Source: Octopus bimaculoides
Lineage: Eukaryota
Direction of reading: 5' to 3'
Assembly: GCF_001194135.2 (NCBI RefSeq)
Contig: NC_068984.1
Coordinates: forward strand, 22,060,214-22,124,213
DNA length: 64,000 bases
Shown: in pieces, positions 1 to 13,020 of the stretch
How positions within the stretch are numbered: position 1 is the first letter of the stretch
Layout: every line of letters starts with the position of its first letter
The notes under the pieces: generated by a model
Database searches by the model: none
Told to the model about the DNA's origin: nothing
The model's input: only the letters and a program-made list of their open reading frames with translations
Made by a program: the position numbers and the translations under genes

Positions 1-289
1 TAGATAGACACAAAAATAGAAAGCAAGTCCTATCAGTAAACTCAGAGGAACCAAAAACCTAGCAAATATTTGGCCACATGAGCACATGATCCGAAAAGTT
101 CAGTCTTTGAATTTAGACATGAGGTGGGGTCTAAGCTGCCTTTCCAGATGAGCCATCTTTCCATATCACATAGACCGCACTCGGAGTTTTATCATGGCTA
201 CTGAATAAGTGTCACATATTTTTACAGATAAATTCCTCTATTTGCATAATATCGAGGTCTCTTTCTTTCTTTTGTTGTCCTTCCTATCA

Positions 290-321
<32 letters not shown>

Positions 322-676
322 NNNNNNNNNNNNNNNNNNNNNNNNNNNNNNNNNNNNNNNNNNNNNNNNNNNNNNNNNNNNNNNNNNNNNNNNNNNNNNN
401 NNNNNNNNNNNNNNNNNNNNNNNNNNNNNNNNNNNNNNNNNNNNNNNNNNNNNNNNNNNNNNNNNNNNNNNNNNNNNNNNNNNNNNNNNNNNNNNNNNNN
501 NNNNNNNNNNNNNNNNNNNNNNNNNNNNNNNNNNNNNNNNNNNNNNNNNNNNNNNNNNNNNNNNNNNNNNNNNNNNNNNNNNNNNNNNNNNNNNNNNNNN
601 NNNNNNNNNNNNNNNNNNNNNNNNNNNNNNNNNNNNNNNNNNNNNNNNNNNNNNNNNNNNNNNNNNNNNNNNNNAT

Positions 677-710
<34 letters not shown>

Positions 711-824
711 ATATACACATATACATATGTATACATGTATATGTATATACATTTTATAGTAAGAATGGATATATAAGGGTGGAAGACCACAGGAACAATA
801 CCGTATTTCCAACGCAAGATTTAA

Positions 825-864
<40 letters not shown>

Positions 865-890
865 AATGGGAGAATTTACGAAAAAAAAAA

Positions 891-1000
891 GACGAAGACA
901 GGTGCTGTAAACAGCAAATGGATGTATTAGTTTAACGCTCGGTAATAGAGAAAGTCTTTGACTTTTCGAGCGTACGCTCTTCAACTGAAAGGAACATAGA
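891..1000 (-). repeat. Dispersed repeat, Penelope-end-like, homologous to 35400-35560
   Basis: Reverse complement GAAGAGCGTACGCTCGAAAAGTCA..CCGAGCGT aligns with GAAGAGCTCCGCTCGAAACGTCA..CCGAGCGT at 35463-35512. The Penelope label is from memory of GAAGA..CGAAACG termini. Confidence 0.6.
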
Positions 1001-1034
1001 AAGAAATAAGGAGAGAAACAAGGAGAAAAAAATA

Positions 1035-1099
<65 letters not shown>

Positions 1100-1993
1100 A
1101 TGTATTTAGTATTGTATTTCATAGGTTCGAAGCGAATCTAAAAGTAAGTCATAGACGAAAACAAGGATTCCGAATGTGTTTAAATCTAGTGGGACAATTT
1201 CAAGATAAAAGGGTATTTTATATACTCCAAAATGCCCTTTTATCACAAAGAATAAAATGGGAAGTAAAACCTTAAATGACACCCACAATAAGAAGCAAAA
1301 TAACTTCGGGCTGTAAAACAGAAGGTAGGTTTAGACCTTATGTGCGCGCCCAAACGCGCATAAATACCCACAAGTAACCATATGTACTACTACTGTGCAT
1401 TCTTCTTTACTCTCAGGAACAAGAATGCATATCTCGATTGCTTTATAATGTCTAAATTGTAGTATTATTCTCTTAAAATTCTTAACTACCAAACGCACAC
1501 ACACATACACATATATACACACGCTGCATGTATGTGTGCGCGCTTGTCTGTGTATACATATCTATTTTGTATCTCTGTATCTCGAGAGGATCATTATACC
1601 AATAATAAACACTTACTGGTTGTATTTCTCTTGTTTGTTATTCGTTAATTGGTTAAATATTGAACCAATTAACTAATAGTAAATAAGTGAAATAAAACCA
1701 GTGCGTGTGTTTATTATTGGCATAATGACCCTCTCGAGGTACAGCAAAATCTGTTTCAACGCACAAGTTCACATTAATAATTTTGTGCATCAAAAACAAA
1801 AATGCATTATATATATNNNNNNNNNNNNNNNNNNNNNNNNNNNNNNNNNNNNNNNNNNNNNNNNNNNNNNNNNNNNNNNNNNNNNNNNNNNNNNNNNNNN
1901 NNNNNNNNNNNNNNNNNNNNNNNNNNNNNNNNNNNNNNNNNNNNNNNNNNNNNNNNNNNNNNNNNNNNNNNNNNNNNNNNNNNNNNNNNNNNN

Positions 1994-2062
<69 letters not shown>

Positions 2063-4884
2063 CCAGAATATCCTTACCAGTGTAAATAGCTATAGAAATA
2101 TTTTGTTTAGGTTCTTCTATGCAACGTACATTTCGTATTTAGTCTATTTTCTGCTCAATGTTTCCACCAGTATATATTATCGATCATTTTCAGGTGTGCT
2201 ATTCTTACTTACATCTATTTTAGATTGCTAAGTACTTCGAATAGGGCAGGTTTAATGATCTTATCCATTATACGACAACATTCATTAAAGTTTGGCATAT
2301 CCAAACTCATTTCTATCAACCATATTGTGTGGTTGTCTTCTTTGATATACTAATTAGATTTTCAGTAAGAGATACATGAACTGCGTCTTTGATTTCGCAC
2401 TGTGTTTAAAATGGCATTTGTCGCTAATGGAAATCTCAAGCCCTACAGTCAGGCACTTTCCTTTTACCCACCTTATATACATTTAGCTCGTCTACATTTC
2501 ATGATGTTGTTCACAGACTTTAATATCCTTCTATTCTGATTATATTCTCACCCCTTTGCACTTTTATAAAACCTCCATTAAGTAAATATATTACGTTATA
2601 ACATTAATTCTTAAACTTGTATCATGCCTCTATTAGTTTTACAATGGCCAAACACTTGTTGAATGTAGTATTCCTCTTAAACTTATCATCGTGTTTTGTA
2701 TATACGCTCTCAGAAAGATTGTCATCGTAGATTTTGGTTTTATGCGCATCAGATACAACGTAGATTATTTTTCATCTCATATTAGAAATATTTGTTACCA
2801 GATATAAATTCTTCCCGTGACATATATTCTATCCCATTCTTGAATATCTAATGCACTTATATATGGATTATAGTCATAAGATATTTCAATTCTTAACACT
2901 ACATCGTTAGTGAACCACAAAATTAAAACCGAACAAACAATGCAATGACATAGAAATAAGTGAATTATTGTAAGCATACAAATTAATGTATGTATGCAAA
3001 GAATAACGTACATAGAAGATATGATTTAAGAATATTATTGATACGATCAAATATTCAAAAGATAGACATCGATCTCTCTGGAGTCATACGTGTAAAACAA
3101 TTGGTCAGTGCTTTCAGTGCTTTTACACACATACCCTCTGTCTGTTTGTTTGTTTCTCTCTCACTCTCACACACACACATTCCAGTAAAGAGCTTCCCAA
3201 CCATTATGTATTCAGGATGATATTAACTAATGCATAGTATAAAAGTTATTATTGATAAGTACATTTCATGTGGGGTTTAACCGTGTGTTAAGAAACAAAC
3301 ATATACTATTCTTTTCTTCGTGTTACTTGTTTCAGTTATTGGAGGGTGACCAATCTGGAGCACCGCTTCGAAAGGTGTATATTGATTGTATATGAAAGGG
3401 ATTTCTGCACATTTTCTCATCAAATATATTCACATAGCTTTGACATGTTTGGAGTTATGGTACAATCACGTACCAAAAAGGCCGCGTAGTGAACCTCAAC
3501 TCCAAATTAAGCGGTCGCAAAACGTGGACTTCTCAATCGCAGATTGAGTTAAATCACGACAAAGAAAAAAAATTCTTGCTGGACTGGAAACTGCATATTT
3601 GTATCCTGATCTGTGCCTGTGTATCATTGATCTCATTAGTAGGCATTGATATTTTTTCGAGTCACGTGTAAATCAAATTTAACCACGGAAGCTATATTTG
3701 ACTTTATCTAATTACAACTATGGCTGAAATTCAATCGAAGTTTGGTTGATCACGATCGTCTTTATATAATTATATTCATATACGGAATCCTTGTCTTGTT
3801 CAATGCTATTCTAGGCAGCTGACTTTCTACATATTCTGTTGTTCTATATTAATTTCATTCATTAGTGAATATGAAAGTGTCCTGCCACTCTATATTTTTT
3901 ATATTGTTCTTATATTTCTTTGCTGTTTCTTGTTTGAGGAAACTCTCTTTCGATTTTCAGACAAACTGAACTCTTTTGGGGGCCTCTAACTTTAAGCCGT
4001 TGCAGTGCATGTCATATTGTGACTGAGACACTACTGTTTGGAGTTCGTAGCAATATCATTCCAGAGGTACTTCCTGTGGGGACTACCGTCTCTTTTTTCA
4101 TATTTAGAACAGCATTATCCAATATACCACCATTTCTTAAGACGGTCAGGGTGTCATTTAATGGAGATATGGTTGTTGTTTTGCAGTGTGAACATATTCT
4201 TGTTGGTATGTCGGCGAAAATGCTGCGGAGTGTCACAATTATGGTGATATGGTGTCTTTCATGAATAGTTTGGGTGTTTTTGATTGCAATTCTTCCTCTA
4301 ACTTCCCACTTCGATTGTTAACTTATAAATATAAACTTGTCTCCAAAATTTTACTGATATCATCGAAGGCCATTTATGGTTTCTTACCTTAAAACAAAGC
4401 TACATCGTATCAAGGCAAGGAACCACACTATGTAACTAGTACAAATCGACCTTCGAAACAGATAAAGTCAAATCAAACTACAGATTGTTTAAACTTATAA
4501 GTTGAAAAATGTAAACACTGCAATGCCTGATGTCTGGCAATTTACTCATTTCCACTTTCACTTCTGTCTCACAAATTTGTTGTCTTCTCTCTGTCTCTGG
4601 TTACGACTACCTCAACTCACCCATTTCTTGTCCTTTTGTCACCTATATTGTATTCACATCCTCAGCTCCTGGCCTAATGAATTTGCTGGACCCTTTCTCA
4701 TCAGAACAATAACTCATTGTATCTCTCTGTACTCGTCGTCGTCAACTGCTTAAGTGAGACGTTAAAGTCGTCAATCTCAACGCTTTCGAGGGGCCTGGAA
4801 AGTACATGAACAGAACACTTTCCTCCAGTCTAAAGCGTGAAACCAGCTTATATATGTTGTGTGCGTGTATGTGAAGGGAGAGAC

Positions 4885-4926
<42 letters not shown>

Positions 4927-5419
4927 AGAGAGAGAGAAACAGAGAGACAGACACATAGACTGCTAGACAGTTATATCAAATCATGAAGTTCTTTGATAAA
5001 TAAGATAACACCTAAAAATAAATACAATTCTGCACCATTATGTCACCTGCACTTGGCTTCTGAAACATTAAAATTAATGAACGTGCGACTATCATAGGAA
5101 TTCTGATTTTGACATTCCGAGTTGTAAATAGTCACTGCTATTTTTAACTCATAGAAAATACTATTCTGAATCGCCCTAAATAGCATTGTAACACAGATAC
5201 ATACTGGAAACTACTGTGCTCTATATTGTATTGTAGTTAAGTCAATACTGGACAGTTTAATTTGGGGAGGAGGATTTAATTTCAGTTAAGAAACATGATT
5301 TCAATATTCATAACAAGAAACTAACTCTGGAATCTTCTACAAAAAAACCCCCAAATATCTGTCAAACTGGATATAAACACGGCATTGAGTGGCGATATAC
5401 ATACATTACATTACATACA

Positions 5420-5675
5420 TATACATATAAGCCACCAAAAAAAGGAAAAGGTCCTTCCAGAGCTATAGGCTCATATGACCGGTTTCTCGGATTCTGCAGC
5501 GTATATATTCCTGCCCCCCACTGGACAGGATGATGGTCTGTCTCAGGGATTACTCGTTTTTGCCAGCTGAATGGATTGAAGCAACTTGGAATACCGTTTT
5601 GCTCAAGAAGAAAACACATCGCCCGGTCATGGAATCGAAACGACAATCTTGCGATCATGAGTGCAACAACTTAAC
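5420..5675 (-). mobile_element. SINE remnant sharing its head with 43098-43395
   Basis: TTTTGCCAGCTGAATGGATTGAAGCAAC..TTGCTCAAG..GGAATCGAAAC..ATCTTGCGATCATGAGT (B-box-like on the minus strand). Confidence 0.7.
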
Positions 5676-5750
5676 AACTAATCCATGCTCCTACACATAC
5701 ACAGACGTGCGCGCTCACGCACACATGCATACATACATACATACACACAC

Positions 5751-5792
<42 letters not shown>

Positions 5793-6087
5793 CAAACCAT
5801 ATTTTGCTTCATCTTAGGACATACCATAATACCTAACTACAAACGTTTATATTTAGATCTCCCTTGCTAAATCTGACGACAGCCAACTCTAACTAACTGT
5901 ATGTGTCGTTATATTTAGCTACAACCTGCTATATCCAGCTGAATATAATAAAGATAATAATGATAAAGAAAAAATTATAATTACTTTCGTTTCACTTTGC
6001 GTTTCGAGAATGGGAATATCATTTTACAGAACCGACTGTTGTTCGGTGGCGTTCGCAAAATTTTGGGTTAGAGACACTTTTAAATGT

Positions 6088-6115
6088 ACTTACCTGAAAA
6101 TAAAAGAAAAAAAAA
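6088..6115 (-). promoter_or_regulatory. Candidate recursive (ratchet-point) splice site
   Basis: Minus strand TTTTTTTTTCTTTTATTTTCAG|GTAAGT: a 19-nt tract with 18 pyrimidines and CAG, directly followed by a consensus 5' splice site. Confidence 0.45.
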
Positions 6116-7414
6116 TGCATAAGTAATAGTGAGAGACGAATATAAACAGAAATCAATACACAGAGTAAGAGAAAATAATTACACGGAAAGGTAATTGGGT
6201 GAGTAAATTAGATGGGTAAATAGATATACTGTAAGAGATATGGTTGTAAGAACGTAGATGAAAAGCCAACTAATTTAGGTGGCTATGAATAAATAATATA
6301 ATGACTCAAGGTGCTAGCAAAAAAAAAGAACCTGTTACGAAGAATCGAAACGAAAACGAAAATCAAAACCAAAAATAAGTAAAGCCAAAACAGAGACTAC
6401 TGCTGACTGTAATGTTGTAGCTTTCCAAATTTTAAGAGACAAATGTTTAGAACATAAACGAGAGAAAAAATAGTTACTTGATTGATGTCATGTCTCTGCT
6501 GTATATAGTTAATTTTAGAACTCTCTTGTTATACATATCACGTTTTAGCAATTTTGTTGTACATTCCAACCTTATAACGATGAACGATTAAATATTGTTT
6601 TCTAATAGAGAAAGGTGAATAGTCAATCTGATGACGACTATTAATTTAATTTTCGGGCAGAAATTTGTGAGAAAAATGTCCACATGTACAAGGCGTGTTT
6701 TCTGTATCCAACAATTCAAAAACATCTAAGTTTATTTGATATATGAAATTCATGAACATCATCAGTTTGTATTTTTATAGCCTGCTGATGATGATTGATT
6801 TATGTAGTTAACGTCTGGGTGTTAACAGGTAGACATACACATTTATTGCTTCCAAAATACACAGTCAATTACTTACATATGTTATGGTGTAAGAGACGTA
6901 AATAGAATTTAGAAAATAATTAAACTGTAAGCGTAGTGCGGCTACGTCCAGGAGAATTTAATAAAATTGAAGCATAGTTTGGGATTCATTATATTCTAGT
7001 AAATGTGATATAAATCTTCCTTTGGATGGGCAACTCTCCAGAACGGTAACATTTCCATAATACTTCTAACCATTTCTCAACAATTAGTGAACTGAAGAAG
7101 ATGGAATGAAACATCCTGGGACAACGAAACACCTTCAGAAGACAGGAACATAGTTCTTACTAGCTGACTTCAATAAATTGTCGGGTCAATTTTATTTCAG
7201 CTGATACTAAATTGAGAGCGTGGTGAGGGGCACCAGTTCTACTTTGAGGATGGTAGATTTAACCCGTATTTCGATTCAACATTATTATCTGAAAGCCTTT
7301 CGCAAAGTCCACTCTCTTGGAGACATTCAGGTACACTCACCCGTCATCTCTTCATTCATACCATATAAGTGTGTGTGTGTGTGTGTTTGTGCATATAAAG
7401 TAGTACAAAAAAAG

Positions 7415-7455
<41 letters not shown>

Positions 7456-8290
7456 TATATNNNNNNNNNNNNNNNNNNNNNNNNNNNNNNNNNNNNNNNN
7501 NNNNNNNNNNNNNNNNNNNNNNNNNNNNNNNNNNNNNNNNNNNNNNNNNNNNNNNNNNNNNNNNNNNNNNNNNNNNNNNNNNNNNNNNNNNNNNNNNNNN
7601 NNNNNNNNNNNNNNNNNNNNNNNNNNNNNNNNNNNNNNNNNNNNNNNNNNNNNNNNNNNNNNNNNNNNNNNNNNNNNNNNNNNNNNNNNNNNNNNNNNNN
7701 NNNNNNNNNNNNNNNNNNNNNNNNNNNNNNNNNNNNNNNNNNNNNNNNNNNNNNNNNNNNNNNNNNNNNNNNNNNNNNNNNNNNNNNNNNNNNNNNATAT
7801 ATATATATATATACATATATATATAGACAGCTGCGATAATTTCTCCTTACCTTATAGTTGAGTTCTTTCAAGTGATAAGAAATTTCATTAGAAATGTTTT
7901 TCATCCATTTCATCCGATTTACATCCTGATTCACTTTGAATGGAGGTCAATGAAAGCCAACTTGTACTTGCCAGCACTATTAAGCAAATACCTCAGCCTC
8001 ATTTATAGAAGTCATCTGACTCAGCAATCTTCAAATTCAGTTTGCGTAAACAGGACTATCCCAGCCATAACTTGATATGTTCATGTGTTTGTTTTATGTG
8101 ATTTTTGCTCTGGGTCGTTTAGCTCTCTTTTCATACTTGTCGCAGCTCTGAATAATCTAAAGTGTTGCTAAATATCACTTTGTGGTATTATGCATCTGAA
8201 TAGATTTGTCGGAATGTGTTGCGTTCAGCATATAGTTTGAATTGTAATCTGCTGGGGAAATTATGAGTGCAATTGGTACACACACACACG

Positions 8291-8356
<66 letters not shown>

Positions 8357-8683
8357 NNNNNNNNNNNNNNNNNNNNNNNNNNNNNNNNNNNNNNNNNNNN
8401 NNNNNNNNNNNNNNNNNNNNNNNNNNNNNNNNNNNNNNNNNNNNNNNNNNNNNNNNNNNNNNNNNNNNNNNNNNNNNNNNNNNNNNNNNNNNNNNNNNNN
8501 NNNNNNNNNNCCTCCATTGGTCTATGTTGTCTAAATACATGCCACTGGCCAGCCTGAATTATTTCTCTTAGCACATTTTTTCAAATGCGTATCAATAATG
8601 AGTGACAAATGAAAATTAATAGAATTTAATACAGTTTATTATAAAATGATGTAATACGTATTTTTGTAATATAATTTATAAAG

Positions 8684-9108
8684 AAATTGGCAGAAATGTT
8701 AGCACGCCGGGCAAAATGCTTGGCGGTTTTTCGTTTGTCTTTACGTTCTGGGTTCAAATTCCGTAGACGTCGACTTTGATTTCCATCCTTTCGGGGTCGA
8801 TAAATTAAGTACCAGTTGCGTACTGGGGTCAATCTAATCGACTGTCCCCCTTCCCAAACGTTTCGGGCTTTATGCCTAGAGTAGAATAGAATATAATTAG
8901 TAAAGGAATTGGCAGAAAAGTTAGCACGCCGGACGAAATGCTTAGCGGTTTTTCGTCTGTCTTTATGTTCTGAGTTCAAATTCCGCAGAGGTCGACTGTT
9001 CATCCTTTAGGGGTCGATAAATTAAGTACCAGCTGCTTACTGGAGTCGATCTAACCGACTAGCCCTCCCTCCCCAAGCGTTTCGAGCCTTGTGCCTAGAG
9101 TAGATAAG
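8684..9108 (+). mobile_element. SINE family A, head-to-tail dimer (8684-8890, 8907-9108)
   Basis: tRNA-like head (TGGCAGAA A-box-like; GGTTCAAATTCC / AGTTCAAATTCC B-box-like), central GTCGACTTTG..CATCCTTTCGGGGTCGATAAATTAAGTACCAG (resembles the Meta SINE domain from memory), tail GCCTTGTGCCTAGAGTAG. Confidence 0.9.
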
Positions 9109-9371
9109 AATATAATTTACAAAGACACCTTATAAAAATACTTCTAGCACTAAGTGTAAGAACGCACAACCAACGAAATTTAAAAGAAATTTTGCAACAC
9201 AACACAAAATAGAGAAATGGTCCATTTCATCAGTTCTTGATCGACAACAGAAAAAAGAAAGTCCTAGAGACACTAAAGCATACTTAGAAGCTCTCGAGTG
9301 TAATGCATAATTAAAACTATTATTTGTCTTTACTGATCTCATTATACCAAATTGTTTCTATTATTTCAATT

Positions 9372-9561
9372 TCGTCTGTGGTTGTCCCCTCATCAGCACT
9401 TGATAACTGCTGTTTGGTTTCCTTACGTCCCCGTAACTTAGCGGTTCGGCAAACAGACGAATTGAATAAGTACTAGGCTTAACAAGTAAGTGGTGGTGTC
9501 GATTTGTTCGACTAAAACTCTTCAAGGCGGTACTCCAGCAAGGCCGCAGTCAGATGAGTGA

Positions 9562-9567
<6 letters not shown>
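9372..9567 (+). mobile_element. SINE family B, 3' half
   Basis: TTACGTCCCCGTAACTTAGCGGTTCGGCAAA..AATAAGTACTAGGCTT..AAGGCGGTACTCCAGCAAGGCCGCAGTC. Confidence 0.88.
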
Positions 9568-9602
<35 letters not shown>

Positions 9603-9860
9603 NNNNNNNNNNTATATGTATATGGGAATCTAGAAGCAAATAAAGCTAGGAATATTAGCATGTAAATATTGGGTTAAAAACGCTTTTGATACAAAATATC
9701 GAAGGTTATCCATGAGACTCGAACCCAGATCTCCTGCAATCGTAACAGGCGCTCTATCATTCGACGAAAAGAAATGCTTCCGAATTTGTCAATCCATTTT
9801 AGAAACTTCTTTCTTCCCAGCGTCATAAGAATGTGAAATGTTTCTTTTCTACGAGCTGTG

Positions 9861-9895
<35 letters not shown>

Positions 9896-10961
9896 AGATA
9901 TCATTGTAATTAAGCATACGAATGTATGCACTTCTGTCTCTGGAAATCATACGTGCAGCAAATGTTACATTAATAAAGCAACCGGCGCAACACACTACTA
10001 CCAACTTCTCCTTCTACACCAGTTTTGCTTCAGAAGCTATAAAACGAATTCAACATATAGTGAGGCGACCTAAAGCAATAATCAGGCATATGTAAGGTGT
10101 CAGTACTCGTAGCTGTCATAATGAAGATGGCAGTGGTGATTGTGGCAGAGGTATTGGTGGTCATAGTGAAAGTAGTGATGATTGTCTCGGTGGAAGGGGC
10201 GGTAAGTACTAGAGAGTGGTATCATTTAAACAGACCGACGTTTAACAATGCAATCGATTCTTGATTTAACACGCTTTCGTTTTGGATGTTTCACAGATAT
10301 TGGAATGACGTCAGGCATAGATAGATAGACTTGCTGAAGACAAATAATTTTCAGTACGTATTGCTATGGTGATAGTGACATAGTTGACCTTCTAGCAAGA
10401 AATCACACACACACACACACGCATGCATACACATGCACGTACACACACATGCATGCGTGAGCAAATACACGCATAGACACATACACACATACACATACAC
10501 AGACGTCCGCATATATTTACACGAATTTACGAATATATATTCTCTAGTAATAAAGGCGCAAACACATGCAAATATACAGACACATCACTACGAAGCAGAC
10601 ACACAAACACACTCATATGGTGTGTATGTGTGTGTACAAGTGTGTGTGTGCATGTGTGTTTATGGGTGTGTGTGTGTTGATGTGCGCATCTATTTATATG
10701 CGTACATATATATATATATACAGTAGCAAATAAGATATATACATTTAACACATTCTGAGAAAAAGAAATTGTGTATGTGTATGTGTGTGAGTGAGAGAGA
10801 GCGAGAGAGAAAGAAAGCAAGCAAGAAAGAAAGACAGAGATGAAGAGAATAGATACACATTCCAGGAATTAGAGGCACAAATAGTGGTAAATAAAAACAC
10901 AAATACACAAAAATACTCATGATCAACATCATGTTCAAATACACTCCGCACGCATATTTAC

Positions 10962-11010
<49 letters not shown>

Positions 11011-11689
11011 GCTGCATGTGTGGAATCTTTGACATAGTGTAATCTATAGTGGAACATCATATATTGTGTCAGGCTTCTCAGCTCTCTCATTTGGTCTCAG
11101 GCAAATATTAGCTTATGTTCAATGTTATTGCCTCACCGAATCTGCTTGTTCGATCTACTTGGTTAGCGAGAACAATTGCATGTATTCTCTTCGCAAACTT
11201 GAAAAGAAAATAATAGAAAAACCCTACATAATCGAGTAAGTGATACAGTTTACAGTCTGTTCTGGCGGTTGATTTATTTTTGCTTTGGGTGCCGGAGATG
11301 GCTGCTGAATGGTAGCTGTAAAGAAGTAAATCTCCTGGTGAGCGGTATACCCGATTCGTTTTTCGATTTCTGTTTATAGACAATACACTTAGCTTATGTT
11401 GTTATCACCTTTAGAAAAAAAGCTACGAAGCTAAACAAATTTAATTCTCCGTGCTATACATTTTAGATTTCCTCATCACTATAAGTAATAGTTATATCGT
11501 TGCTGTTGGGTTATTGTATTATATACATGATGGTACCAAATAATGCTACCTGTCGTGTTTTTTCCCATTTGCTCGAATTCCACCTGTTTTTATAATGGCA
11601 TTTATATATCCCTGTCTCACTGAAGTACGTTGTTGCAATATAATGGGTTCTAGTCAACAGACTCTACGGCTCTTCTCTCTTTCGAATAG

Positions 11690-11788
11690 GGGATTTGATC
11701 TTAAGTAAACAACTTGTGATTCGGCGTGGCATTTATGGCAAAGCTCGTGTGGTTGTTTACCCAAGACATCCAGAAATATCTTTCACTG
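11690..11788 (+). CDS. Candidate isolated internal exon, unknown product
   Basis: Acceptor CTCTTCTCTCTTTCGAATAG; open frame DLILSKQLVIRRGIYGKARVVVYPRHPEISFT; donors GTACAG (11789) or AG|GTGCAG (11795), both phase 1; non-repetitive and more GC-rich than its surroundings. No recognisable family and no partner exon. Confidence 0.22.
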
Positions 11789-12194
11789 GTACAGGTGCAG
11801 CGACTATTCGGCGAGGACGGAGGGGTGTAATCATTTTAAGCATTATGTTAGATACCAATCTAATGAGGCGGCTTCTAAGTGGTCACATGACATACTAGAA
11901 ACAAGAGCTACATATTCTTCAAATCACTTTATATGTTTTAAATGTTAGACAGTACATATACAGAGTAACCATAATGTCTGGGTACATAGGCGAAAATGCA
12001 TAATTTCAATAATTTTATACAATTAAATTAATGAAAATCACCTTCACCATGGTTTCTACCATTAGTGATGCAAAGTTCGATGCAGTTACTTCACATTTCT
12101 ATCATTCTGAGAACGTTCATTCATCCAGATTTATAGTCAACCTGTATAATATAGCTCAACATATTCCTGAAACAAAAGGAATGAGTTTAATTAT

Positions 12195-12580
12195 TTGTTG
12201 TTGGCACTCCGTCGCTTACGACGTCGAGGATTCCAGTTGATCCGATCAACGGAACAGCCTGCTCGTGAAATTAACGTGCAAGTGGCTGAGCACTCCACAG
12301 ACACGTGTACCCTTAACGTAGTTCTCGGGGATATTCAGCGTGACACAGTGTGACAAGGCTGACCCTTTCAATTACAGGCACAACAGAAACAGGAAGTTAG
12401 AGTGAGAGAAAGTTGGGGTGAAAGAGTACAGCAGGATTCGCCACCATACCCTGCCGGAGCCTCGTGGAGCTTTAGGTGTTTTGGCTCAATAAACACTCAC
12501 AACGCCTGGTCTGGGAATCGAAACCGCGATCTTGTGACCGGGAGTCCGCTGCCCTAACCACTGGACCATTGCACCTCCAC
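12195..12580 (-). mobile_element. SINE family C, full length with 12-bp target-site duplication
   Basis: tRNA-like head on the minus strand (GTGGAGGTGCAATGGTCCAGTGGTTAGGGCAGCGGAC..CGGTTTCGATTCCC); tail ends CGACGTCGTAAGCGACGGAGTGCCAACAACAA; GAGTTTAATTAT at 12183-12194 and 12581-12592. Confidence 0.93.
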
Positions 12581-13020
12581 GAGTTTAATTATAATCTGGG
12601 GCTAAACAACAACAACCAGTATTAAAAAATCAATCACTTTACAATACCAGAAATAGCAGCAGATCCCCTTCAAATCGCACCATATAGTGTTAAAAAAGGG
12701 ATTGGTAAGATTGAAAATTTATTTGAATAAAAAACGGAATTATTAATTCTAGAACAATTTTGCTTGATCAAGACTGTCGCCTCTACACGAAGTAACCAAT
12801 TCCTGATTAAGGTTTGCATGTGATGTACTCTACGCAATAATTAAAATCATAATCTCTTTGGTACAATCAAATAATAAACGTGTTGAAATTCTTGCGGGTA
12901 TTACGATATTTTCATTTTGTAAAGTGGCGAAAAGAACTAATTTTAGAAAGGGTGAGATAGGTTGTATCTTCCTCTTTGAAAATTTAATCTACATCGGTGA
13001 AAAACTCTGGCCGATATTTT

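Noticed and set aside
4012-4330. Minus-strand ORF TLRSIFADIPTRICSHCK...TPNSSVSVTI, with overlapping plus-strand ORFs
   Set aside because: Protein-like composition, but no recognisable motif and no acceptor in frame. A possible 63-nt upstream exon plus 66-nt intron joins straight into a stop.
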